Shown here in pieces: positions 1-11,463 of a stretch of 64,000 nucleotides of DNA. A program made the position numbers and the translations under genes. Each line of letters begins with the position of its first letter. Positions within the stretch are counted from its first letter, which is position 1. Location: the NCBI GenBank assembly GCA_951406725.2, contig OX597836.1, positions 20,150,001-20,214,000 of the forward strand. Reading direction: 5' to 3'. The stretch is from Octopus vulgaris (taxonomy: Eukaryota). The notes below the pieces were generated by a model. It did not search any database and was not told the origin of the DNA. It was given only the letters and a program-made list of their open reading frames with translations.

Positions 1-1187
1 GTGTTTATGTTCCTGTGACTTAGCAGTCCAGCAAAAGTGACAGAATAAGTACCAGACTTTAAAAAAATAAGTATTGTGGTCGATTTGTATGACTAAGCTC
101 TGCAGAGCAGTGCCCCTACATGGCTCCAATCTAATCTTATTTATACAAGTAAAAGAGTAAACGGTTAGACATAAGGCTAAATAATTACAATATATTTAAC
201 AGCTTGGCTTAGAGGGAAAACCAAGGTGCTAGAGCAACAGTCTAAATATTTTATTAAAGTATTTAGTTCCATCCTGTCCATCCCTTGAATTCTGCTTATA
301 TCTCACCCAGAATTTAGAATATACATTCCTGAACAAGGATATAAACAAACTCACATTGGTTGTGAAGCACTGATGAAGAAAAAACAAACATACGCACTCA
401 CACAATAGACTTCTTTCAGTTTCCATTTACCAAATCCACTCATGAAGCTTTGGTGGATTAGGGCTATAGTAGACACTTGCCCAAGGTGCTATGCAGTGGG
501 GCTGAACCAGGAACCATGAAATTGTCATTCTGCAATTTATGCTGTGTTGGCCCTTGACTCTTGAATAATGATCTCTAAGTTTGGTGCAAGGACACAGAAA
601 TTTATAGAAGAATAAGGAGAGGGGGGCATATATTGAATTGATTCTAATGTATGACTGGTATTGATTTTGTAATTCTGGCTAAATTTCAACTCCAGTTGTA
701 AACCATAATATTGTGATGTTTTGTCTATGAAGTTGATTCTGATTAATAGGCAGAGAATTGGCAGAATTGTTAGTGTTTTGGAGAGAATATTTTGTAATAT
801 TTGGTTCTGGTTCTCTGCACACGGAGTTCAAACCCCACCAAGAACAACTTTGCTTTTCACCTTTCCAGTATTGATAAAGTACCAGTCCAGTGTTGGAGTT
901 GATTCTGTCTGCCTGTTTCTTTCTTTCTCTCTCTTTCCTCCTCTGGAAGAAATCAGCTGTATTCAGACATGAGACCTAAAGAATAGCAATAACACAGTCA
1001 CCTCTACATCGTTGGAATTGTCACAGTCCAGGGTGTGCATATTTGGAGCTATTGTCCTCCTCGGCAGGTCAAAGGATTGTGTCTTGCTCATATCTTTCAT
1101 TTTTGGTTTGGTTTCTACAGTTGGATGCCCTTACTATCACTAACCACTATACAGTGTATCATAGCATCAGCATCAGTGAGGTTGCCT

Positions 1188-1403
1188 TACTCTTACTCTT
1201 TACTCTTTTACTTGTTTCAGTCATTTGACTGCGGCCATGCTGGAGCACCGCCTTTAGTCGAGCAAATTGACCCCAGGACTTATTCTTTGTAAGCCCAGTA
1301 CTTATTCTATCGGTCTCTTTTGCCGAACCCCTAAGTGACGGGGACGTAAACACACCAGCATCGGTTGTCAAGCAATGCTAGGGGGACAAACACAGACACA
1401 CAA

Positions 1404-1465
<62 letters not shown>

Positions 1466-1628
1466 GACAGGCTTCTTTCAGTTTCCGTCTACCAAATCCA
1501 CTCACAAGGCATTGGTCGGCCCGAGGCTATAGCAGAAGACACTTGCCCAAGATGCCATGCAGTGGGACTGAACCCAGAACCATGTGGTTGGTTAGCAAGC
1601 TACTTACCACACAGCCACTCCTGCGCCT
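1188..1628 (-). mobile_element. SINE family A (tRNA-headed, internal CA/TA microsatellite, GTAAAAGA tail), full-length young copy
   Basis: Minus strand begins aggcgcaggagTGGCTGTGTGGtaag..GGTTCAGTCCC (A/B boxes), then ttgggcaagtgtc (CORE-like). Nearly identical to the copies at 8453, 24059, 32000, 36062 and 54233. Confidence 0.9.
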
Positions 1629-1708
1629 TGTGTAATCTGTAAGATAAAAAGCCCTCACAACTCTATGATGTATTTGTTCACACATCCTATCGGCGACGCG
1701 TAAGTTTT

Positions 1709-1890
1709 ACTACACTCTCGGAATGGTACTACATGATCGGAGTGGTTGGCATTAGGAAGGGCATCCAGCTGTAGAAACACTGCCAGATCAGACTGGAGCC
1801 TGGTGCAGCCTCCTGGCTTCCCAGACCCCGGTCAGACCGTCCAACCCATGCTAGCATGGAAAATAGACGTTAAACGATGATGATGGTGGT
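1709..1890 (+). mobile_element. SINE-like family M (GGAAGGGCATCC core, (GAT)n tail), 3' part
   Basis: gtggttggcattaggaagggcatccagctgtagaaac...ccaacccatgctagcatggaaaa...gatgatgatg recurs many times in the window. Confidence 0.8.
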
Positions 1891-2228
1891 ACATAGATGA
1901 TACATACTTCTGGTCACACTGGCTTACTTTCTGCTCACTCTGGTTCATTTCCTGTTCACTCACTCACTAATCGAGTTACTGTTTCTCTACTCACTGAAGT
2001 AAAAACACACATTAAATATTTTCTTTCTAAATATTGTGTATATAAACCTTACAAAAACTTTCAATAGCTTTGATACCTGAATGTAATCTGACTGTTGATG
2101 GATGTATGTTTAAATAATGTCAGCTACATTTTGCTAGAGTCATAGTTGCTATATATTAAATAGCTGAAGCACTATATTTTATATTATGGTTTGTTCTGTC
2201 TTTTTTTTTTTTTTTTACTATCCAAGTG

Positions 2229-2605
2229 TTAGGCATGGCTGTGTGGTAAGAAGCTTGCTCCTTACCCACATGGTTCTAGGTTCAGTCCCACTGCATGGCA
2301 CCTTCAGCAAGTGTTTTCTACTACAGCCTCGGGTCAACCATAGCTATGTGAGTGGATTTGGTAGACAGAAACTGAAAGAAGTCTGTTGTGTGTCTGTGTC
2401 TGTGTCTGGCCTCCCACACTGCTCAACAATTGGTGTTGGTTTGTATATGTTCCTGGGACTTAGCAGTTTCACCAAAAAGAGATCATAAGTACCAAGCTTT
2501 AAAAAAAATTAAAAGGTACTGGGGTCGATTCATTCAACTAAAAATTCTTCAAGGTGATGCCCTAGCACAGCTGCAGTCTAATGACTGAAACAAGTAAAAG
2601 ATAAA
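2229..2605 (+). mobile_element. SINE family A, older diverged copy
   Basis: ggcatggctgtgtggtaagaagcttgc...gactgaaacaagtaaaaga is colinear with family A. Confidence 0.8.
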
Positions 2606-3258
2606 ATATATTAGCAAATGATAAAACACATCCATTATAGTCTACAAAGTGATTGTTTTTGTAAAGAGCACCCAGCCATGGAAACCAGTCCAGTACAAGC
2701 GAGATGTGATCTCATGACCCATTTAGTGACTTCAAATAAGAACCTATCCAAACCATGACAACCTGTCCAATTCCAATGCTAGCATGATTACAACAACCAT
2801 GAAATGTCCACGCATTATTCATGGGATTGCCATCTGACAACACCTTAGTCATTTCTCATGAAATGGTTTGTAATTCAGAAGTTTTTAGGATAATGATAAA
2901 ATAGAAAGAAGATAAGGCAGGCTGAACCAGCTAACTCCAACCAACCTTGCTACTTAGTATTCATTATATTACAGCAACTACAAGTGAGATAAAATGATAA
3001 ATATAACACTGCCATCATTTGATAGTGGGCCACTCTTGGGAACCAGTATCGGCTTGCTGTTGATAAATTTATCTTTTCAGTTGTTCTTTGTTGGTCATTT
3101 TATAAACTTTTTCACAAAAGTATTTTATATTGTTGCTGTTGTTTAACCCCAGGCCATATCTGATGGATTAAATCCCACCACCAAAGGCTATCCAACCGTG
3201 ACCATTAATTATCATCCCATTTTTTCAAGACACAGTGTGCCCCAGTCCACATAATTCT

Positions 3259-3690
3259 GCTTTCCTCATCTGCCTTTAGTGATATCCATTCTGTTCCAAG
3301 CTTGCAGGTTAGGTCTCTGGTTTGAGGATAACTTTCTCTTTCTCTTCCTTCTGGAAACAGCCAAGGATGTTGCCCTTCACATCTAAGACATTGAGAAAAC
3401 AAAAATGTTTTCTAAAATGGTAGCATCATTTAAAAGATTTGGCTGCTATTTCTAGCATAACTGGCCTTGTAGAGGCTTTCCTCATCTGCCTTTAGTGATA
3501 TCCATTCTGTTCCAAGCTTGCAGGTTAGGTCTCTGGTTTGAGGATAACTTTCCCTTTCTCTTCCTTCTGGAAACAGCCATGGATGTTGCCCTTCACATCT
3601 AAGACATTGAAAAAACAAAAATGTTTTCTAAAATGGTAGCATCATTTAAAAGATTTGGCTGCTATTTTTAGCATAACTGAACTTGTAGAG
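3259..3690. repeat. Recent tandem duplication, 2 x 216 bp
   Basis: gctttcctcatctgcc...cttgtagag at 3259-3474 and 3475-3690 with few substitutions. It explains the twin ORFs at 3205 and 3430. Confidence 0.92.
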
Positions 3691-4231
3691 GCACCTTGAT
3701 TGATTGTATTTTCTAAACTGCTCCCTTCATTTTCTTGTTTATCGATGAAGTATTGGAGGCTGGTTTCAAGACTTCTGAACCTTCTGAAGAAGATGACAAA
3801 GGACTGAGATATCTGGGATTTTGTTGTACTCATGAAAACTTGTCCACCACAGCAGAATTGATACCAGTGCTGGTGCCATATAAAAAGCACCCAGTCCACT
3901 CTGTGGAGTGGTTGGCATTAAGAAAAGCACTCAGCTGTAGAAACCATGCTAGAACAAACAATGGAGCGTAGTGTATCCCCCCCTGGGCCATACTAGCTCT
4001 TATCAAACCATCCAACCCATGCCAGCATGGAAGATGGAGGTTAAATAATGATGATAATGATGTTTTAGTTATTCTTTCATCCATGACTGTGTGTCCAACA
4101 AAATATACATTCTGTTTTACCTGAATCAAATGGGGTTTTTGATTACATTTGCACTTTTCTGTCAACCTATATATGTGTCTGTATGTATATATGTATGTGT
4201 CTGTGTTTGTATGTACAAATATGTATAAATT

Positions 4232-4357
4232 GGGTTAACTCTATATTGAAGGATTACTCAATACTTTTCAGTATTGAGTATTATATTTATTTATTTTTAC
4301 AAAGAGAAGGTTGACAGTGACTTTGAAGTTTCAATTCATTTGCCATCATCAAACTAA
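4232..4357 (-). mobile_element. Degenerate HHR-bearing element end (family HH-C), homologous to 21138-21240
   Basis: Perfect 11-bp hairpin TACTCAATACT-tttc-AGTATTGAGTA (4255-4280). The minus strand reads AGT-tTGATGA-tggc..-GAAAC-ttcaaa-GTC-ACT. Confidence 0.5.
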
Positions 4358-4801
4358 TGTGGCTTGGATGGAAATTATTTCTGAGGCAAGATTTTATGGT
4401 TGGTTGCTCTTCCTGTCACTGACCCTCACCTGTTTTTTCAAGTAAAGGGATTTGTATGTTCCACCTGTACTTTGAAAGTGCAGAGCTCCCAATCTTAATC
4501 TCAACAAGGATTGCTCTGCTTTGCACAAATGGTGACTCACAAAAAATCAGCATTCACACACATTCGCTTGAATGCATGTAGGCTTAATAGTTTCCATCTA
4601 CCTGATTCAAGCACAAAGCTTTGGTCAGCCTGGGGCTATAATAGATGACATTTTGGTCAAGGTGCTGTGCAGTGGCACTGAGCCTGAAAACACAATTGTG
4701 CAGTGGCTTCAAATTACACAGCCATATATGCATCATATATATGTATTCGTTAAATGATCAAATGACATCGATCAATGGTAATGTGTTAACATGATCCTGG
4801 C

Positions 4802-5097
4802 AAGTCAAGCATGAAATCTAACTTCAATTCCCAGCTGAACTATTTTGTTTCATTTATTCCCTTGATTTAAGCAATGGCATCTCTTGGCCTAGAACAGTGT
4901 GTGCCTCCAGTAAGTCAGCTTGTCAGTGACACATCACATGAAGCTAAGTCAAGTGTGTAATCTAAATTCAATTCCCAGCTGAACTATTTTGTTTCATTTA
5001 CTCCCGTGATTTTTAGTTTAAGCAATGGCCTCTTGTAGCCTAGAACAGTGTGTGCTTCCAGTAAGTCAGCTTGTTGGTGACATACCGCATAAACCTG
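4802..5097. repeat. Older tandem duplication, 2 x ~145-150 bp
   Basis: aagtcaag..ttcaattcccagctgaactattttgtttcattta..cctagaacagtgtgtg..ccagtaagtcagcttg starts at 4802 and again at 4946. Confidence 0.88.
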
Positions 5098-5264
5098 TAA
5101 GCGGCTCTGGTTACCCATTTGTTATATTTTGTAACCACATGATCAGTTACAGTATAAATCATATTGGTTTAAATTCTATCCTGTGATATGGGTTGTGGTC
5201 ACTTACATTCTATCAGTTTCAACACAAAGTATTGAAATTTTACAGTGTCTGAAAAGATTTCTGA

Positions 5265-6415
5265 TTTGTTTGCCTTCCTACTTACTGAGACTTCGGCTTT
5301 TGCTAGGTTAACTCTAAGACCCTTCAATTCTAGACCTTGCTTCCACACCTGAAACTTCTCAGCTGAAACTTCTCAGCTATTGGAGCAAGGTCATCAGCAT
5401 AGAGAAGCTCCCAAGGGCAGTCTGTCTTGAATTCCCCTGTTATTGCCTGGAGGACTATGACGAACAAGAGGGAGCTGAGCACTGATCCTTGGTGAATCCC
5501 TACTTTTCCCCGGAATTCTTCACTATACTCGTTGTCAACTCTCAACTTACTGACAACATCCCTATATATGGCTTGTACAGGTCTCCCCAACCACTCATCT
5601 ATCCCCAGTTTCCACATTGATCACCAGATAAGGGATCAGGGGACTCTGTCAAAGGCTTTCTCCATGTCAGCAAAAGCCAAGTACAAAAGTTTTGCAATTC
5701 GAAACACTTTAAGTCTTCGGTCCTCACAATGCAGAACATTGGCAAATTTCTTATCTGCTTCCCCTCTGGCTAAGTAAACCTGTCTCCTAGCTTTCCTTCT
5801 GGTGATCTGACACCCTACTACCACCACACTTCTATTCCTTCCATGCCTGTTTCTTTTCCCTAATAGCCCTGTGAACTACTTTGTTCCACCACCATGTCAC
5901 CTTAGGTTGAGAGGGGACTTTGCACCAGTCACAGATCTGGTCAGTAGCCCTCAACAGGTTGTCCCGTAGGAACCTCCAGTTGTCCTCCACATTATATGAT
6001 GCTATATCCTCATTTTTGTCAAAAGCTTCAAGTAATACGTCTCTAAATCTCTGTCCATTCAGAGGATCCTTAAGCTTCCAGACCCTTCTTTTCCACACTT
6101 GTTGTCTTCTGGGTAGCCATTTAGCCCTGATCCTGACATCACTACCTACTGACCTATGTTGTGGGGTGCATTCTTCACCTGGGAAAGTTTTGGCACTTAT
6201 AAATAGCCAACTTTCATTTCCTGGTGAGAATGTAGTCAATCTGGCTAGTGTGTCCACCACACTGGTAGGTGAATAGGTGACTGACAGGTTTCCTGAAGTT
6301 AGTAATACAGGTCAAAAGATCATTTGCAACACAACTCCAGCAGCCTAGTTCCCTCTTCATTGTGGGAACCAAATCCATTGCCACCATGTACACCATGGAA
6401 GCTCCCTGGATGTTG
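5265..6415 (-). mobile_element. Decayed RTE-clade LINE fragment (end of AP endonuclease, linker, reverse transcriptase), frameshifted and internally deleted
   Basis: Minus-strand peptides TYQCGGHTSQIDYIL (APE), VWKL..WRFLRDNLL..WWWN (RTE linker), YLAFADMEKAFDRVP, GIHQGSVLSSLLF and LLYADDL (RT motifs) are spread over several frames. Confidence 0.92.
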
Positions 6416-6740
6416 TCTATCATTGTATGATGTTGTCATTATTCAGTGGATAATTATTTTGTTGAGGTTTCAGGTTTTGTACAGTTGGATGCCCTTTCTG
6501 TCACCAACCCTTATCTGTTTCCAAGTTAAGTAATGTTTCTCCATAGCAAGATATGTTTTCCATGAAAGACCAGAAACAAATGGCGCCACTTGTTTGATTG
6601 TGATGCTTACTTACGACCATCATGTGATGTTGAGACAAGGACACCTACACACTGACACTCACACACTCACACACACACACACACATGCACACACACACAC
6701 ACGCGCACACACAGACACAGACACACACACACACACACAC

Positions 6741-6950
6741 CATCATCATCATCATCATCATCATCATTCTTTAACTTCCAATTTCCATGGTGGCATGTGT
6801 TGGATGGTTTGATGGCTTGGCCAGAGGTGGCAAGCCACAGAGCAGCACCAGGGTCCAATCTGACTTGGCTTGGTTTCTACAGCTGGATGCCCTTCCTAAT
6901 GCCAACCACTTTACATAGTGTTCTGGATTCCTGTTATGTGGCACCTGTAC
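6741..6950 (-). mobile_element. SINE-like family M, diverged copy
   Basis: (cat)n, then ttccatggtggcatgtgttggatgg...ggatgcccttcctaatgccaaccac. Confidence 0.7.
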
Positions 6951-7019
6951 AGGGCCAATCCCCTTCAGCAACATTAACACTTCTATTGTGGAGGATATTT
7001 TACATATATATATATATAA

Positions 7020-7520
7020 ATCAAATCAAAACAAATCAAAATAGATGAACATCAATGGAATTTGTATCTTTGTGGTACCAGTGCCGGTGGCACACAAGAA
7101 AATCATCCGAACGTGGCCGTAGCCAGTACCGCATAGACTGGCCTCCGTGCTTTGGGGACGTAACAAACACCATCCGATCGTGGCCGTCCGCCAGCCTCAT
7201 CTGGCACCTGTGTCGGTGGCACATAAAAACACCATCCGAGCGTGGCCGTCTGCCAGCCTCGTCTGGCACCTGTGTCGGTGGCACATAAAAACACCATCCG
7301 AGCGTGGCCGTTCGCCAGCCTCGTCTGGCACCTGTGTCGGTGGCACATAAAATCACCCACTACACTCTCGGAGTGGTTGGCGTTAGGAAGGGCATCCAGC
7401 TGTAGAAACACTGCCAGACCTGACTGGCCTGGTGCAGCCTTCGGGCTCCCCAGACCCCAGTTGAACTGTCCAACCCATGCTAGCATGGAAAACGGACGCT
7501 AAATGATGATGATGATGATG
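7020..7520 (+). mobile_element. SINE-like family M, long copy with an internal GC-rich 62-bp tandem repeat
   Basis: The unit caccatccgagcgtggccgtctgccagcctcgtctggcacctgtgtcggtggcacataaaaa starts at 7168, 7230 and 7292, with a diverged unit upstream. The GGAAGGGCATCC core and (GAT)n tail follow. Confidence 0.88.
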
Positions 7521-7529
7521 ATATATATA

Positions 7530-7717
7530 GTTAATCCAAATATGAAAGCACAAAAAAACACAACGCGAGGACGTGGAACAAATATAGTATTATTGGATGC
7601 TCAGGAAAGAAGGAGGGTTTAACGTTTCGACCGGAGCTCTTCGTCGGAAACATAGGAGAAGCAAAGATCCAGAGAAAGGAAGACAGGGAAAAAAATCGCC
7701 AACGGTACACACGCGGT

Positions 7718-7720
<3 letters not shown>
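7530..7720 (-). mobile_element. Short CpG-rich element with a minimal type-I hammerhead-like motif (family HH-D), between TA/CA microsatellites
   Basis: Minus strand 7651-7617 reads GTTT-CCGACGA-AGAGCTCCGGTC-GAAAC-GTT-AAAC: stem I GTTT/AAAC, palindromic AACGTT. Confidence 0.65.
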
Positions 7721-7768
<48 letters not shown>

Positions 7769-8452
7769 TCATACAGTGAGCTTCTCAATCAGTTTCCACC
7801 TACCAAATCCATTCACAAGGCTTTGGTGCTATAGTAGAAGATACTTGCCTGAGGTAATATGTAGCAGGACTGAGCCTGACTCCATATGGTATATTAAATT
7901 GGTATTAGGAACAAACTAAATAAAAGGTCGTTTAGCTAAGATTATGGTGGAAAGCTTCTCTATTTAAGTATGGCCACTTGAAATTAGCAGGTTTTGTGTG
8001 GAAGAACCAAAGACAACCCCAGACCAACTCCCTTTGAAAAGAGTTACAGACAGTCAAAAGAAACATAAATTTTCTATGTAAATCAATCTTCGTTTCATCT
8101 GAGATAAGAGCTGATATCTTTAGCACTTCACAACATATCAGTAGAGACTAGCAAGGTCCCCTCCTCCTTCATCTCTTTAGGTCTTAAGTGGTTTCTGAAT
8201 GAGTTCTAACGTTTTTTTTCTTTTTCTTTTCTTTCACAAAGCTAAATGAAGTGAAACCTATTTTATTTCTTTGTTCTAACTAATACCCACCATTTGTCAC
8301 TAAGTCACCAATCCCAACTTATCATTTCTTAGGTATGTTGAGGGTATTTCATTGTTTCAATGATATGCATTAGATGTAGCACCCCCCCCCACACACACAC
8401 ATACTTCTTGAATGAATGCAAAATGAATAAATGAAACTTCAATTATGTACAT

Positions 8453-8839
8453 TACTATTTTACTCTTTTACTTGTTTCAGTCATTTGACTGCGGCCATGC
8501 TGGAGCACCGCCTTTAGTCGAGCAAATCGACCCCGGGACTTATTCGTTGTAAGCCCAGTACTTATTCTATCGGTCTCTTTTTGCCGAACCGCTAAGTGAC
8601 GGGGACGTAAACACACCAGCATCGGTTGTCAAGCAATGCTAGGGGGACAAACATGGACACACAAACACACACATACATATATATACGACAGGCTTCTTTC
8701 AGTTTCCGTCTACCAAATCCACTCACAAGGCATTGGTTGGCCCGGGGCTATAGCAGAAGACACTTGCCCAAGATGCCACACAGTGGGACTGAACCCGGAA
8801 CCATGTGGCTGGTTAGCAAGCTACTTACCACACAGCCAC
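8453..8839 (-). mobile_element. SINE family A, young copy with its extreme 5' end missing at the adjacent fold-back element
   Basis: Colinear with 1188-1628 up to cttaccacacagccac; the terminal tcctgcgcct is absent. Confidence 0.88.
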
Positions 8840-8968
8840 ATTTGACGGATATTTGTCCTCATCTTGTTTGTTGTCAACACAACATTTTGGCTGATATACC
8901 CACCAACCTTCATCAGGTGTTTTGGGGAAATTTCGAACCTGGGTTCTCATTCCTAATGTATTTTTCGA

Positions 8969-9015
<47 letters not shown>

Positions 9016-9252
9016 CCTATGGTGTAGTGGTTAAGAGCATGGGCTACTAACCCCAAGATTCTGAGTTCGATTCGAGGCAGTGATCTGAATAATAATAATA
9101 ATAATAATAATAATCATAACATCAAAAAATACCTTAGGAATGAGAACCCAGGTTCGAAATTTCCCCAAGACACCTGATGAAAGTTGGAGTGTATATCAGC
9201 CAAAACATTGTGTTGACAACAAACAAGATGAGGACAAATATCCGTCAAATGT
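8838..9252 (+). mobile_element. Fold-back element: ~170-bp inverted arms with hammerhead-like motifs around a tRNA-like head (family HH-A)
   Basis: 8838-9014 is the reverse complement of 9085-9252, including the (TAA)n tract. The spacer 9015-9084 has TGGTGTAGTGG and GAGTTCGATTC boxes. Each arm carries ACAC-CTGATGA..CAGCC-AAAAY-RTT-GTGT. Confidence 0.8.
9015..9084 (+). promoter_or_regulatory. tRNA-derived internal Pol III promoter (not a functional tRNA)
   Basis: A-box-like tggtgtagtgg, anticodon-arm-like GGG-ctactaa-CCC and B-box-like gagttcgattc are present. No intact acceptor stem is visible. Confidence 0.65.
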
Positions 9253-9808
9253 AAATAACGTACATAATTACTTGTGTGTGTATAGGGCCTATACAACATG
9301 CACCAAAATTTTGCCTATACTATAGGCAAACTTTAGGTTAGTTGAAATATGTTTGGGACATATTTCAACTTTCGAAGGCAAATTTCACTACACTTTCCAT
9401 GGAGTAAAAACACCATATCTGTGCAGTGCTTCCCCACTGTTAGATTCTCAAATGCTGCATTTCTAGCTCTTTAGCCATTATCAATGGGAAATACTGAGAT
9501 ATATATATATATCATCAGTTACCATCTGTTTTACCATGCTGGCATGGGTTGAATGATTCAGCAGGAACTGACAGGCCAGAGAAACTGTGCCAAACTTCAA
9601 TGTCTGCTTTGGCATGGTTTATATGGCTGGTTGTCCTTCACAAAACTAACCACTTTACAGAATGTACTGAGTGATTCTTATCATGGTACTGGCGCTAGTG
9701 AGGTCACCAAGTAATTTGCAAGATAAGACTGAGTGGAGGGGTAGTATTGAGGGAAGTGGCTTTATGCCAGATACATGTGTGTGTGAGTGTGTGTGTGCGT
9801 GCATGTGA

Positions 9809-9847
<39 letters not shown>

Positions 9848-10066
9848 CCAATAGTATGAATTGTGGAATTAACTTTAATGGTAATTTTCCTGACCTATAT
9901 TTTGTTGACTGTGAAATTCCTACTGCCAATAATCCAGCCTTAACACCTACTTCCAAGAGGAAGATTAATACTAATTCCTTTAACCATGGGTACCACATAC
10001 AAGTGAATAAATGCCTTTGTAATTTCAAAAACAAATTTATCTGTCCTTTAAAAAATCAGTGTTTAA

Positions 10067-10284
10067 CTCTTTAGCATTTAAACTGGCCATGTCCGGCCAA
10101 AATATTCTACCTGTTTTATGTTCAAACTGGCCAGATCTGGCCTCTTATCCCTACCCTATGACTTCATTCTAAAAATTAAGTTACGTCTTCAAACTCTCAA
10201 AGCTACAAGGTAATGCATGATTAATTCAAAACAATGTGAATAAATAAGCATTATTTTTGACAGAATAATGTGAGGGCTAAAGAG
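10067..10284. mobile_element. piggyBac-type MITE family P1
   Basis: TTAA|ctctttagc...gctaaagag|TTAA, with an internal sequence shared with the other P1 copies. Confidence 0.85.
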
Positions 10285-11229
10285 TTAAGGAAGAATATAG
10301 TGTATCAATGTAAGGTCATAACGTGATTGTTTGTATTATTACCTTCGTTCTCTGCTACAGTTTGGAAATCTAGATTATATAACCATTCTTCTTCATTTAA
10401 GTTTGGAAGAAAATTTAATTCTACAAATCTTAGTAAATGCATTTGGGTTTCAAAAGACTGGAACATTAACTATGATGTAAAGTGGTCCATTATTAGTTAA
10501 GTGCCATCATATAATGCTGGTAATTTTAAATGTGATCTTTGCTTTGAGGAAATGTTTTATATAATTACTTCTAAATTAGTATTATTAAATTGTAGAAATA
10601 ATTTATATTGAAATGTTCTCATAAATATAAAAAAAGCACCTAAATATTTCAATAGTAAATAACTCATTTATTGTAATTGTTTTTGCTATAATCTAATATG
10701 CGTAATTTTTCTTAAAATGTTTTAGTACATTTACTAGATAGATAACTAATTGTCATGATGCAGAATTTCTATGTTCATTTTTTTAATTCTTTCCTTATCT
10801 GCTGACGTCATCAAAAGTTAAATACTATCTTTTCTTAGAATGTCATACTTCTTCTTAATTTTTTTTTTATATGTTCATCGACTAGAGATATTTTCTTAGT
10901 TCACTTTAAATTTAGCCCATTTTGGATTGCCTTGATAATGTGTTGACATATATTTTCGGACATATTAATTTGACTGACACGGGCACAATAGAAACAATCA
11001 TTAATAATGTATGATGTAATCATCAATTAAAGATGTGATCTTCTCTATTCTTGTTCTTATCTAATAATCTGAATTTCCTGAAATTCTTCGAAGTGATATT
11101 TAGATTTACTTGTCATGAAGAATTACCTTGGAATTTATTGGTATCTGATTGTTTGATTTAAATTTGTTTAACACTGAGTGCTTTCTAGATATCTGTCTGG
11201 ATTTATTAATCCCATTTATTTATATTCTT

Positions 11230-11430
11230 GTACTTGTTTCAGTCATTTGATTGCAACCATGCTAGAGCACTGCCTTTAGTTGAACAAATCAATCCCAGGA
11301 CTTATTCTTTGTAAGCCTTGTATTTATTCTATCAGTCTCTTGCCAAACCACTAAGTTACAGGGACGTAAACACACCAGCATTGGTTGTCAAGCGATAGTG
11401 GGGGGACAGATACAGACACACAAATTAATA
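11230..11430 (-). mobile_element. SINE family A, 3' half
   Basis: tacttgtttcagtcatttga...gggggacagatacagacacaca. Confidence 0.78.
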
Positions 11431-11463
11431 CATACCTACACACATGCGCACACACACACACAT

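Noticed and set aside
1375-1635. Recurring 80-130 aa ORFs (RQASFSFRLPNPLTR..) at 1375, 8626, 24242, 36237 and related frames
   Set aside because: They are antisense translations of SINE family A, not a gene family.
9015-9084. Functional tRNA gene (ACT anticodon)
   Set aside because: No acceptor stem, a weak T stem, and it is embedded in a repeat. Treated as a SINE-like head.
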